A stretch of 64,000 bases of DNA from Clostridia bacterium (GCA_017508485.1 JAFVYV010000011.1:20295-84294), one strand, 5' to 3'. Shown: positions 39,069 through 48,335, counted from the first letter of the stretch. Program-made: numbers and translations. Notes: generated from the sequence alone by a model not told the origin.

Positions 39069-39602
39069 ATGGTTATTGGTGAAAAGATTAAAAACTTAAG
39101 GCTTCAATGTGGTTTAACGCAAGAAGAACTTGCCGATAGGTGTGAACTGACTAAAGGGTATATTTCGCAGTTAGAAGACGACCTGACAAGCCCTTCTATT
39201 GCAACCCTTAAAGACATACTTTCTGCAGTAGGCAGTAGTTTTACGGAATTTTTTAGTGAAGAAGTTGAAGAAAAGGTGGTCTTTGCTGAAAACGATTATA
39301 TTGAAAAGGCGACTGATGAGTTTACGCTTGACTGGTTAGTACCGTCAGCGCAAAAAAATATTATGGAGCCACTAAGAATAACCCTAAACGCAAAATGCAA
39401 AACGGAAGAAGACTTCCCGCATGAAGGGGAAGAGTTTGGCTACGTGCTTAAAGGGGAAGTTATAGTAGTTTTAGGCAAAAAGAAGTTTAAGGTTAAAAAA
39501 GGACAAAGTTTTTACTACCTAACGGACAAAGTGCATTATATATTGAACGATAGTGATAAGGACGCTACTTTTATTTGGGTATCAAGCCCACCAAATTTTT
39601 AG
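39069..39602 (+). CDS. XRE-family HTH plus cupin transcriptional regulator (PuuR-like architecture)
   Basis: N-terminal IKNLRLQCGLTQEELADRCELTKGYISQLE is an HTH_3 motif. The C-terminal HEGEEFGYVLKGEV region is cupin-like. It lies 9 nt upstream of potA in the same operon. Confidence 0.8.
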   Translation: MVIGEKIKNLRLQCGLTQEELADRCELTKGYISQLEDDLTSPSIATLKDILSAVGSSFTEFFSEEVEEKVVFAENDYIEKATDEFTLDWLVPSAQKNIMEPLRITLNAKCKTEEDFPHEGEEFGYVLKGEVIVVLGKKKFKVKKGQSFYYLTDKVHYILNDSDKDATFIWVSSPPNF

Positions 39603-39611
39603 GAGAGAATT

Positions 39612-41126
39612 ATGGCAGAAGTTAAAAGAGACGATATTATAAATTTAGTTGATTTAAGAAAGGAATTTGACGACGGGTTCGTTGCCGTTGACAATATTAA
39701 CCTTTACGTTAGACGTGGTGAGTTTATTACCTTTTTAGGACCTTCTGGTTGTGGTAAGACTACGACGCTTCGTATGATTGCCGGGTTTGAAAGACCAAGT
39801 AGTGGCAAGGTTTTACTAAACGGTGAAGATATAAGTATGCTTCCACCACATAAAAGACCGGTTAACACCGTTTTCCAAAGATACGCACTTTTTCCACACC
39901 TTAACGTAAAAGAAAACGTTGCGTTTGGGCTTAAACTTAGAAAGGTTGAAGTAACTTACGAAGATGAAAACGGAGATAGATTTAAAAGAATTGAAAAGTT
40001 AACGCGTGAAGAAATTGACGCTAAAGTTGAAAAGGCACTTAAAATGGTTGACCTTGAAGGGTTTGAAAGCCGTAGTGTTTCAACACTTTCAGGTGGTCAA
40101 CAACAAAGAGTTGCTATTGCAAGAGCGATAGTTAACGAACCGGAAATTTTACTTCTTGACGAACCTTTAGGTGCATTAGACCTTAAAATGAGAAAGGATA
40201 TGCAACTAGAACTAAAGGAAATGCACAAAAAACTTGGCATAACCTTTATTTACGTTACGCACGACCAAGAAGAAGCCTTAACTATGAGCGACACGGTTGT
40301 AGTTATGAAAGACGGTGTTATTCAACAAATAGGAACGCCTACCGATATTTACAACGAACCTAAAAACACCTTCGTTGCCGACTTTATTGGGGAAAGTAAC
40401 ATTTTCTCTGGCACGGCGCTAGGGGGTAAAAAGGTTAGATTTATCGGCAATATTTTTGACTGCGTTGACGACTTTGACAAGAACGAAAAGGTTGACGTTG
40501 TAGTTAGACCTGAAGACGTTTATCTTGTTGATGAAGGCTTAGGTCAAGTTAACGGTAAAATTATAAGTTCTATCTTTAAAGGTATCCATTACGAAATGGT
40601 GCTTAAAGTTGGCAAGACGGAAGTTGTTATTCAAGACACTAAAGAAAGAAAGGTGGGCGAAAAGGCTAGTATAATTATTAGACCTGAAGATATCCACCTA
40701 ATGCATAAAGAATTTTCTTCAAACAAGTACGAAGGTTATATCACTAAAAAGAACACCGTTTGTTTTGGCGACGGCGAATTTGATTGCGACGTTACCACTT
40801 TATACCCTAACTCTATTTTAGATGAAGAAGGTTATTTAATAACGGAAAACGGTGAAAAGATTGACCTAACCGACGTTGACGTTGAAGTTGAAGTTGGCTT
40901 AAAAGATATTGAAATTTCAGATAATTTAGAAGAAGGTGGCGCAAGTGGTCAAATAGTTTCTATAATCTATAAGGGCGACCACTACCAAATTATCGTTAGA
41001 ACGGAAGAAAATGAAGAAGATTTCGTTTGTGATACGGAATACACTTGGAACGAAAACGATATCGTTAGCGTTATCATTAAGCCTGAAGATATTAAACTTA
41101 AACTTAAAGAGGAAGTAAAAAGATGA
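39612..41126 (+). CDS. potA: Spermidine/putrescine ABC transporter ATP-binding protein, extended (504 aa)
   Basis: Walker A GPSGCGKTT, Q-loop VFQRYALFPHL, LSGGQQQR and LLLDEPLGALD motifs. A first TOBE-like domain is followed by a second ~140-aa C-terminal domain. Confidence 0.85.
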   Translation: MAEVKRDDIINLVDLRKEFDDGFVAVDNINLYVRRGEFITFLGPSGCGKTTTLRMIAGFERPSSGKVLLNGEDISMLPPHKRPVNTVFQRYALFPHLNVKENVAFGLKLRKVEVTYEDENGDRFKRIEKLTREEIDAKVEKALKMVDLEGFESRSVSTLSGGQQQRVAIARAIVNEPEILLLDEPLGALDLKMRKDMQLELKEMHKKLGITFIYVTHDQEEALTMSDTVVVMKDGVIQQIGTPTDIYNEPKNTFVADFIGESNIFSGTALGGKKVRFIGNIFDCVDDFDKNEKVDVVVRPEDVYLVDEGLGQVNGKIISSIFKGIHYEMVLKVGKTEVVIQDTKERKVGEKASIIIRPEDIHLMHKEFSSNKYEGYITKKNTVCFGDGEFDCDVTTLYPNSILDEEGYLITENGEKIDLTDVDVEVEVGLKDIEISDNLEEGGASGQIVSIIYKGDHYQIIVRTEENEEDFVCDTEYTWNENDIVSVIIKPEDIKLKLKEEVKR

Positions 41127-41977
41127 CAAAGGGCAAGGTTATATCAAAAACCGTTTATAAAGATGATAAACCTGTTAAAAATAGAAAGTGGATTTTTAGT
41201 AGAAAACAACTTTGTATTCCTTACGGACTATTTCTTTTTATGTTCGTAATCTTTCCACTTCTTTTAATTGTGTTTTATGCGTTTACTGATGAAACGGGCA
41301 AAATTTCGTTTTATAATTTTATTGACTTTTTCACAAACCCTACTTCTATAACAAACCTATTTATGAGTATAGGACTTGCAGGTATAACAACCGTTTGTTG
41401 TTTACTGATAGGGTACCCTGTTGCGTACATTTTGTCTAAAATGAAACAAAGGGTGGCTGGTGTTATAGTTATGCTATTCGTTTTACCTATGTGGATAAAC
41501 TTTGTTCTTCGTGCAATGGCTATGAAGGAACTTTTAACACTTATAGGTATGTTTGGAAAAAATAACTTTTTAAACACGGTAATCGGTATGGTTTACGACT
41601 ATTTGCCGTTTATGATTATGCCACTTTACACAACGCTTATTAAGCGCGATAGAAGTTTAGAAGAAGCCGCCGCAGACCTTGGCTCAAACAGAAGACAGGT
41701 GTTTACAAAGGTTATATTCCCACTTTCACTTCCTGGTGTTTTAAGTGGTATAAATATGGTATTTTTACCTACTATGAGTTGTTACGTTGTTTCTGATACT
41801 TTTGGTAACGGTAAGGTAACCATTATAGGTAAACTTATTGAAGAACAATTTGGTGTTGCCGCTAATTGGAATTACGGCTCTGCACTTGCCCTTATTATGC
41901 TTGTAATTATGTTCGTTACAATGCTACTAACAGGTGGATTTAAGCCACAAGAAAATATGAGGGGGGCTAATTTATGA
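41123..41977 (+). CDS. potB: Spermidine/putrescine ABC transporter permease
   Basis: Six-TM permease with the EAA loop LEEAAADLGSNRRQVFTKVIFPLSLPG. ATGA coupling to potA. Confidence 0.85.
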   Translation: MTKGKVISKTVYKDDKPVKNRKWIFSRKQLCIPYGLFLFMFVIFPLLLIVFYAFTDETGKISFYNFIDFFTNPTSITNLFMSIGLAGITTVCCLLIGYPVAYILSKMKQRVAGVIVMLFVLPMWINFVLRAMAMKELLTLIGMFGKNNFLNTVIGMVYDYLPFMIMPLYTTLIKRDRSLEEAAADLGSNRRQVFTKVIFPLSLPGVLSGINMVFLPTMSCYVVSDTFGNGKVTIIGKLIEEQFGVAANWNYGSALALIMLVIMFVTMLLTGGFKPQENMRGANL

Positions 41978-42765
41978 TAAAAAAGTTTTTTAGCAGAGGA
42001 TATATCTTCCTTGTATTAGCCTTTATTTACGCACCTATATTTTTACTTGTTATTTACAGTTTTACCGACTCAACGGTAGTTGGTGTTTGGAGTGGCTTTT
42101 CACTTGATTTATACAAAAGGCTACTAACCGACGGTGAAATTACGCCAGTTATAATAAATACTTTGGTGCTTGCGTTACTTGCAAGTGTGCTTTCAACAAT
42201 TTTAGGAACTTTAGGGGCAATAGGTCTTCACTATAGCCGTGGTGGTTTTGGTAAGGTTGTTAAAGGTGCATCAAGAGTTTCTATAATAAATGCAGAAATT
42301 GTTACGGCAATTTCTTTAGCACTAATATTTTCTTTAATACTTGGAACTAGTAGGTCGTATTTTTCCGTTTTAATAGGTCATATGGTATTATGCACACCTT
42401 TCGTGGTGCTTTCCGTTACACCTAAACTTGAACAAATGGACTCAAGTTTATACGAAGCGGCACTTGACCTTGGCGCAACTCCAAGAAAGGCGCTATTTAA
42501 GGTAGTGCTACCTGAAATTTTGCCTGGTATTTTTAGTGGATTTTTACTATCAATTACCTTGTCGCTTGACGACTACGTAGTAACTGCGTTTACTAAACCT
42601 GCTACTTTTGAAACCATAAGTACAAAGGTTTATAACTCACTTGCAAAAGGTGGGGCAAACTCATCACTACCTGTGTTTAGGGCGCTTACCACAGTAATAT
42701 TCGTGGTTGCAATAATAGTTGTAATCATAATGAACATAAAAAGAAAAAAGAAAAAGGAGAAGTAA
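41974..42765 (+). CDS. potC: Spermidine/putrescine ABC transporter permease
   Basis: EAA loop LYEAALDLGATPRKALFKVVLPEILPG. ATGA coupling to potB. Confidence 0.85.
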   Translation: MIKKFFSRGYIFLVLAFIYAPIFLLVIYSFTDSTVVGVWSGFSLDLYKRLLTDGEITPVIINTLVLALLASVLSTILGTLGAIGLHYSRGGFGKVVKGASRVSIINAEIVTAISLALIFSLILGTSRSYFSVLIGHMVLCTPFVVLSVTPKLEQMDSSLYEAALDLGATPRKALFKVVLPEILPGIFSGFLLSITLSLDDYVVTAFTKPATFETISTKVYNSLAKGGANSSLPVFRALTTVIFVVAIIVVIIMNIKRKKKKEK

Positions 42766-42766
42766 A

Positions 42767-44242
42767 ATGAAAAAGGTTGCAAGTTTATTTTTAATATTGG
42801 TAATGGCTTTTACTTTGCTTTGTCCTTGTTTTAACGCCGTTAGCGTTTCAGCAGAAACCGACCTTAGTGGAGTGCTAAGAGTAGGCAACTGGGAAGACTA
42901 TATCGGGGAAGACGTTATTGCAAATTTTGAAGAAAAGTACCCTAATATAAAGGTAGAATACTCTACTTTTGGTACTAACGAAGATATGTATAACGAACTT
43001 AAAATTAACCCTGGTAGTTTTGACCTTTTATGCCCTTCTGAATATATGATTCAAAAAATGTTAACGGAAGGTATGCTTGAATCTTTCAAAGTGCCTGAAA
43101 ATTATATTAAGTACGGCTCAGAATATATTATTGAAAAGTTCAACTCTATGGGTTTACAAGCAGACAACGGCGACTACTACACGGTTGGTTATATGTGGGG
43201 ACTTTTAGGCTTAACTTATAATCCAGAGTTCGTTTCAAGCTACGATATGGAAAGTTGGAGTAGTTTATGGAATATCGCTTATAAAGAAAAGTCAACCATT
43301 AAAAATAGTGTAAGAGATTCTTACTTTATAGGTATTGCTTTTGCTTACCGTGACGAACTTTTAGGCCTTTTAGAACAAGTTGAAAAGGGCGAAATAACAA
43401 AACAAGAATATGCTACTAAACTTGAAGAAATTTTTAACAACACTTCTGACGATGCTATAAAAAAGGTTGAAGATGCGTTAAAGTTATTAAAATCAAATAT
43501 CTACGGGCTTGAAGTTGATAACGGTAAAGACGACGTTGCAAGTGGTAAAATTACCATTAACTTTGCTTGGAGTGGAGATGCCGTTTACGCAATGGACGTT
43601 GCTGAAGAAGAGGGCGTTTTATTAGAATACGCAGTTCCAAAAGAAGGTTCTAACGTTTGGTTTGACGGTTTCGTTATGCCAAAAGGCGCTAATAAAGAAT
43701 TAGCAACTGCTTTTCTAAACTATATTTGTACTCCTGAAGTTGCAGTTTCTAATATGGAATATATCGGCTACACAAGTTGTATCGCAGGAAACCAAGACTT
43801 TACTGTTGATTATGAAGATGAAAACGGTCAAGTTGAAACGGTTGCTTACACGGGTGTTTTAGACTGGGTTAAAAAGACTTACGGTGTTACGGAAGTTCCT
43901 ACAGAAGATAATATTTACGAAGCAAACTTAGGATACTTTTTTGGTAAAACTTTATACTCAGCAGAAAAGAACAGACAGTTTAACACTCAATATCCAACGC
44001 AAGAAACTATTGAAAGATGTGCCGTTATGAGATATTTTGACGGAGAAACTAACCACAAAATTAACGATATGTGGGAAAGGGTTAAAGGAGATACTTTACC
44101 TGCTTGGGCAATTTTATCTATAATCGGTGGCGTAATACTTCTTATTGCAGGAGTAATAGTTTACAAAAATAGAGATAAAATATTTAAGCCAAAAAAGGCA
44201 AAAAAGAGCAAATATAAAATTGTTGATAAAAGATATATCTAA
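42767..44242 (+). CDS. potD: Polyamine-type ABC substrate-binding protein with cleavable signal and C-terminal TM anchor
   Basis: Its position in the pot operon, with PotD-like NWEDYI and ...FDLLCPSEYM motifs. It has no canonical lipobox. The C-terminal hydrophobic helix AILSIIGGVILLIAGVIVY is followed by a K-rich tail. Confidence 0.75.
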   Translation: MKKVASLFLILVMAFTLLCPCFNAVSVSAETDLSGVLRVGNWEDYIGEDVIANFEEKYPNIKVEYSTFGTNEDMYNELKINPGSFDLLCPSEYMIQKMLTEGMLESFKVPENYIKYGSEYIIEKFNSMGLQADNGDYYTVGYMWGLLGLTYNPEFVSSYDMESWSSLWNIAYKEKSTIKNSVRDSYFIGIAFAYRDELLGLLEQVEKGEITKQEYATKLEEIFNNTSDDAIKKVEDALKLLKSNIYGLEVDNGKDDVASGKITINFAWSGDAVYAMDVAEEEGVLLEYAVPKEGSNVWFDGFVMPKGANKELATAFLNYICTPEVAVSNMEYIGYTSCIAGNQDFTVDYEDENGQVETVAYTGVLDWVKKTYGVTEVPTEDNIYEANLGYFFGKTLYSAEKNRQFNTQYPTQETIERCAVMRYFDGETNHKINDMWERVKGDTLPAWAILSIIGGVILLIAGVIVYKNRDKIFKPKKAKKSKYKIVDKRYI

Positions 44243-44259
44243 AAGTAATACAATTTATA

Positions 44260-44288
44260 TTGACACTTAAAAGAAAATATTGTAAAAT
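44260..44288 (+). promoter_or_regulatory. Promoter of the SCIFF precursor gene
   Basis: TTGACA (44260-44265), 17-nt spacer, TG-n-TAAAAT (44281-44288). Confidence 0.6.
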
Positions 44289-44321
44289 AAAATAGAACTT
44301 AAATATTGGAGGGAAACTATA

Positions 44322-44480
44322 ATGGCTAAAATTAAATTAGTTGCTACACCTAAAAAGAGAACTTCTGTTGGTTGTGGAGAATGCAGAAGCACTTGTCAAT
44401 CTGCTTGTAAAACTTCTTGCACGGTTGGTAACCAAAACTGTGAAAAGTTAGAAAGAGAAGCAAAGGTTAACAATAAATAA
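44322..44480 (+). CDS. scfA: SCIFF (six-cysteines-in-forty-five) ranthipeptide precursor, 52 aa
   Basis: It is absent from the ORF track because it is under 60 aa. GGAGGG RBS at 44309-44314. It encodes MAKIKLVATPKKRTSVGCGECRSTCQSACKTSCTVGNQNCEKLEREAKVNNK, with exactly six Cys in the GCGECxxxCQSACKTSC pattern typical of TIGR03973 peptides. The cognate maturase gene is immediately downstream. Confidence 0.9.
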   Translation: MAKIKLVATPKKRTSVGCGECRSTCQSACKTSCTVGNQNCEKLEREAKVNNK

Positions 44481-44500
44481 TTATTGAAAAGGAAAACGTA

Positions 44501-44527
44501 AAGGAGCAGTAAATTTTACTGTTCCTT
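44501..44527 (+). promoter_or_regulatory. Intercistronic stem-loop between precursor and maturase
   Basis: AAGGAGCAGT (44501-44510) pairs with ACTGTTCCTT (44518-44527), with one G-U pair, followed by a T-rich tract. Confidence 0.55.
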
Positions 44528-44543
44528 ACTTTTGTTATTAAAG

Positions 44544-45875
44544 ATGGTACATACTTTTAATATTGACGACAGATATTATCTTTTTGACGTTGAAAGTAGT
44601 TCACTTCACGTTTGCGATAAATTAGTGACGGAAGTCGTTAAAAAAATGCAAGGCGAAGAGTACGACTTAAGTGGCGTTGATAGTACTGTTATTGAAGAAA
44701 TTGAAAAAGAACTTAACGAAATAAAAGAACAAGGCTTACTTTTTTCAAAAGAAATTAAAACTTTACCTATAAAAAGCAATTTGGTAAAGGCGCTTTGTTT
44801 ACACGTTTGCCACGACTGTAACTTAAAATGCAAATACTGTTTTGCAGGTCAAGGGAACTACAAGGGCGCAAACGAATATATGTCTTTTGAAGTTGCTAAA
44901 AACGCAGTTGACTTTTTAATTGCAAACTCAGGCAGTCGTGAAATTTTAGAAATGGACTTTTTTGGTGGCGAACCACTTATGAATATGGACGTTATCAAAA
45001 AAACGGTTGAATATGCTAAAGAAGAAGGTAAAAAGGCAGGTAAAACCTTTTTATTTACTACGACTACTAACGGTCTTCTTCTTGACGGTGAAACTGCAAG
45101 TTGGCTTAACGACGAAATGGAAAACGTAGTTCTATCTATTGACGGTAGAAAGGAAGTGCACGACGCAGTTAGAGCAACTAAAACGGACAAAGGTAGTTAT
45201 GAGTATATTATAGATAACATTAAAAACTTCGTTAAAAACCGTGGGGACAAGCACTATTACGTTAGGGGTACTTTTACCAACAAAAACTTAGATTTTGCTA
45301 ACGACGTAACTGCGCTTGCCGATATGGGATTAACGGAAATTTCTTTAGAGCCTGTAGTTACCAAAGAAGATGATGAACTTTACATCTCTAAGGAAATGCT
45401 ACCTAAAATTAAAGAAGAATACAAAAGACTTGAAAGGGAATATCTAAAAAGGCTAAAGAACAAGGAAAGATTATTTAACTTTTTCCACTTTGCAATTGAC
45501 CTTGAAAACGGCGTATGCTTAAACAAGCGCGTTAGTGCTTGTGGTGCTGGTAACGAATATTTTTCAGTTACCCCTTGTGGAGATATTTACCCTTGCCACC
45601 AATTTGCAAATAACAAAGATTACCTTATGGGTAACGTCTTTGAAAAGAAACTTAACGAAGATATAAGAAAGGTGTTTAAGGAAACAAACTTACTTTCAAA
45701 ACCTACTTGTAAAGACTGTTTTGCAAAATACCATTGTAGTGGTGGTTGCGCTGCAAATAACATCAATTTTAACGGCGATATCAATAAGCCTTACGAAATG
45801 ACTTGTGAAATGATGAAAGCAAGAATGGAGTGTGCGCTTGATATTTTTAGCCAAAAGAAGGAAATTGACGGTTAA
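44544..45875 (+). CDS. scfB: SCIFF radical SAM/SPASM maturase (thioether cross-link-forming)
   Basis: CNLKCKYC (Cx3Cx2C) radical SAM motif. A C-terminal SPASM-type Cys cluster (CGAG...CGDIYPCHQF...CKDCFAKYHCSGGC). It sits next to the precursor. The start could be ATG 44544 or TTG 44532. Confidence 0.9.
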   Translation: MVHTFNIDDRYYLFDVESSSLHVCDKLVTEVVKKMQGEEYDLSGVDSTVIEEIEKELNEIKEQGLLFSKEIKTLPIKSNLVKALCLHVCHDCNLKCKYCFAGQGNYKGANEYMSFEVAKNAVDFLIANSGSREILEMDFFGGEPLMNMDVIKKTVEYAKEEGKKAGKTFLFTTTTNGLLLDGETASWLNDEMENVVLSIDGRKEVHDAVRATKTDKGSYEYIIDNIKNFVKNRGDKHYYVRGTFTNKNLDFANDVTALADMGLTEISLEPVVTKEDDELYISKEMLPKIKEEYKRLEREYLKRLKNKERLFNFFHFAIDLENGVCLNKRVSACGAGNEYFSVTPCGDIYPCHQFANNKDYLMGNVFEKKLNEDIRKVFKETNLLSKPTCKDCFAKYHCSGGCAANNINFNGDINKPYEMTCEMMKARMECALDIFSQKKEIDG

Positions 45876-46022
45876 AAGGGTAAAACTTTAGGTCAAAATG
45901 AAAAAAAACGCCGTTTTTTATTGACTTAAAAGGCTAAAAAGATATATAATTAGTGGGTATAGATATAAACTTAAAATCGGGGAGAACATCTTTCTGATTT
46001 TATATGCTCTTAGGAGGCTACA

Positions 46023-47330
46023 ATGAGTAAGAAAAAAGCAAAAGCTTTGCTTTCAATCATAATTGCATTAATAGTAGTTTTATGCGTTATGACTTTTGCA
46101 AAGTTTGAAATCCCTGGTATTAAAAACGGGGTTTACAACTACAACTCAATTTTAGGTGCGTTAGAACTTGATGCCGACCTTGAAGAAAGCGCTGCTTATA
46201 CGCTTAAGTTAAAGGACGATATCTCTAGCGAAGATGAAGAAGTTGAAGTTGAATCAATTTTAAAGGTTTTAGAAAGCAGAATTATCGGTTTAGGTTATGA
46301 TAACTATGCTATTTCTACCTTAAAGAACTCTACTACAGACAACTACGATATAAGAATTGAACTTCCAAACAAGCAAAGCACGGCAAGTGATATAACTGCA
46401 ATTATCGCTTACGGCGAAATGGAAGTAACAGATGCTGACGGCAACGTTATTTTAACTGGTAACGGCGCAATCAAAAACGTTAAGGTTGAAAGTTATGAAG
46501 CATACGACCAAATGAACAACAAAGTTTTAGCATATGCTTGTATCGTTGAATTTACTGAAGAAGCATTTGAAGAAATTAAAGCAGTTTTACCTACTACCGT
46601 TAACATCAAGGTAGGCGAAACAAGTCTTTTCTCACAAGAATTAAACGTAGAAGACTTTTTACAAAGAACTATCAGTATTTCAAACTACGGTACTGATAAG
46701 TCTGCTGCAGAAAGAGCCGCACTTCAACTTAAAACGGGTGGTATCCCTTACGAATACGAAATTGAAAAGGGTGAAGTTATTTCTCCGTTAATGGGCGAAA
46801 ACGCAGGTTTAATTTCATTACTAATTCTTGCAGGTTTAGTTTTAATTGCAATAATTCTTTTTGCTGTTAAGTATAAAGGTTTTGCACTTTCATCTTTAAT
46901 TTCAGTTTTAGCATTTATGTTAATTGAACTAATCATTTTAGTTTTAATACCTGCGTTAAAGATTTCATTTGCAAGTATTTTAGGCTTTATAGTTGCTACG
47001 ATATTCGTTTTATCAGGCTTATTTACTCAAGCACAAAAAACTCTTGCAGAGTTTGATAGTGGTAAAACGTTTAAGGCGGCACTTAAGTCTGCTTACAAGA
47101 AAGGTGGTTTACTTTTCGTTGACGTAAGCGTTATTCTTGCAATTTTAAGTTTAGCAGTATTCTTTATTGCAAACGGTGCTATTAGAAGTTTTGCAATTAC
47201 CTTTGGTGTTGGTACTGTGGTTGCGTTATTCGTTGTTGCAGTATTCTCAAAATGGATAATCAAGTTATTCTACCACTCAGTTAGCAAGAAAGAAGCCTTC
47301 TTCAAATTAAACAGGGAGGATGCTGAATAA
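46023..47330 (+). CDS. secD: Protein translocase subunit SecD
   Basis: GGAGG RBS. N-terminal TM, periplasmic-type domain and a C-terminal six-TM block (LKTGGIPYEYEIEKGEVISPLMGENAG...). Confidence 0.85.
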   Translation: MSKKKAKALLSIIIALIVVLCVMTFAKFEIPGIKNGVYNYNSILGALELDADLEESAAYTLKLKDDISSEDEEVEVESILKVLESRIIGLGYDNYAISTLKNSTTDNYDIRIELPNKQSTASDITAIIAYGEMEVTDADGNVILTGNGAIKNVKVESYEAYDQMNNKVLAYACIVEFTEEAFEEIKAVLPTTVNIKVGETSLFSQELNVEDFLQRTISISNYGTDKSAAERAALQLKTGGIPYEYEIEKGEVISPLMGENAGLISLLILAGLVLIAIILFAVKYKGFALSSLISVLAFMLIELIILVLIPALKISFASILGFIVATIFVLSGLFTQAQKTLAEFDSGKTFKAALKSAYKKGGLLFVDVSVILAILSLAVFFIANGAIRSFAITFGVGTVVALFVVAVFSKWIIKLFYHSVSKKEAFFKLNREDAE

Positions 47331-48283
47331 TGAAAAAGTTAAATTTTATTAAAATTTCTAAAATAATCCTTTCATTACTTTTAGTCATTGTTGTTGCAGG
47401 TGCTGTTTTAGCAGGTGTACTTGGCTTTAACAAAGGCGTTGAACTTTCTAACGGATACGAATTAACCGTTAAGGTTGACGTAAACTTTGGCGACAATAAA
47501 GAAAAGATTGAAACTGAAACTGAAAAAGTATTAAAAGAAAACGGCGTTAAATACGACCTTAAAAAGATTGCCGACGAAGGTAGCATTATTATTTACCAAT
47601 TCAAAGAAGAAGTAACTGAAGAAAATACTAAAGCCTTTGAAGACTTAGCAGTTAAGGTTGAAGATGCCGTAAACGTAATATTAGTTAGCACAACGGTTGA
47701 TGCAACGACTGCCGTTAGTGAAAGAGAAGGATTTTTTGGTACTTCTACTATCTGGTGGGCTATTTTAGCAGTTGGCGTAACGGTTGTTCTTGCGTTTATT
47801 TATTTACTAATTAGATACAACATTTTCTACAGTTTAGTGGCTTGTATCCTTGCTGTGTTTGAAGTTATCCTTTTAACTTCTTTAGTAGGGTTAGTAAGAA
47901 TTCCGTTAGCACCTATATTCTCGGTAGTTGCTTTAACGGCAGTAATTCTATCATTTATAAATACAATCGTTTTACTAAACGGTGCGAAAGAAAAGTTAAG
48001 ATTAAACAAAACAAAATCGCCTGAAGAAGTTGCAAACGAACTATTAAACGGTTCATTACCAAAGAACGGCGTTATAGCAATCGTGCTAGTAGTTGCGTCA
48101 ATTGTTCTTATGATAATCGGCGGAACCTTTACTTCATTAGCATTTGAATTACTTGCGTTAGCAGTTGTTGACTTTATGGTAAATCAATTTGCGTTTGCTC
48201 CTATCTTCCTTCCGTTTGAAAGAAAAAGAAACAAGGATAACTTACTAAGAGCAAAGAAGAAAGAATTAAAAGATAAAGAATAA
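47330..48283 (+). CDS. secF: Protein translocase subunit SecF
   Basis: TAATG overlap with secD. 317 aa with a SecF-type six-TM C-terminus. Confidence 0.85.
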   Translation: MKKLNFIKISKIILSLLLVIVVAGAVLAGVLGFNKGVELSNGYELTVKVDVNFGDNKEKIETETEKVLKENGVKYDLKKIADEGSIIIYQFKEEVTEENTKAFEDLAVKVEDAVNVILVSTTVDATTAVSEREGFFGTSTIWWAILAVGVTVVLAFIYLLIRYNIFYSLVACILAVFEVILLTSLVGLVRIPLAPIFSVVALTAVILSFINTIVLLNGAKEKLRLNKTKSPEEVANELLNGSLPKNGVIAIVLVVASIVLMIIGGTFTSLAFELLALAVVDFMVNQFAFAPIFLPFERKRNKDNLLRAKKKELKDKE

Positions 48284-48290
48284 AAAATAG

Positions 48291-48316
48291 TTTAAGCGGG
48301 AATTTTCCCGCTTAAA
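48291..48316 (+). terminator. Stem-loop after secF
   Basis: TAAGCGGGA / TCCCGCTTA stem. The downstream T-run is weak. Confidence 0.55.
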
Positions 48317-48335
48317 TGTTTTATAGGCAAAAAAA

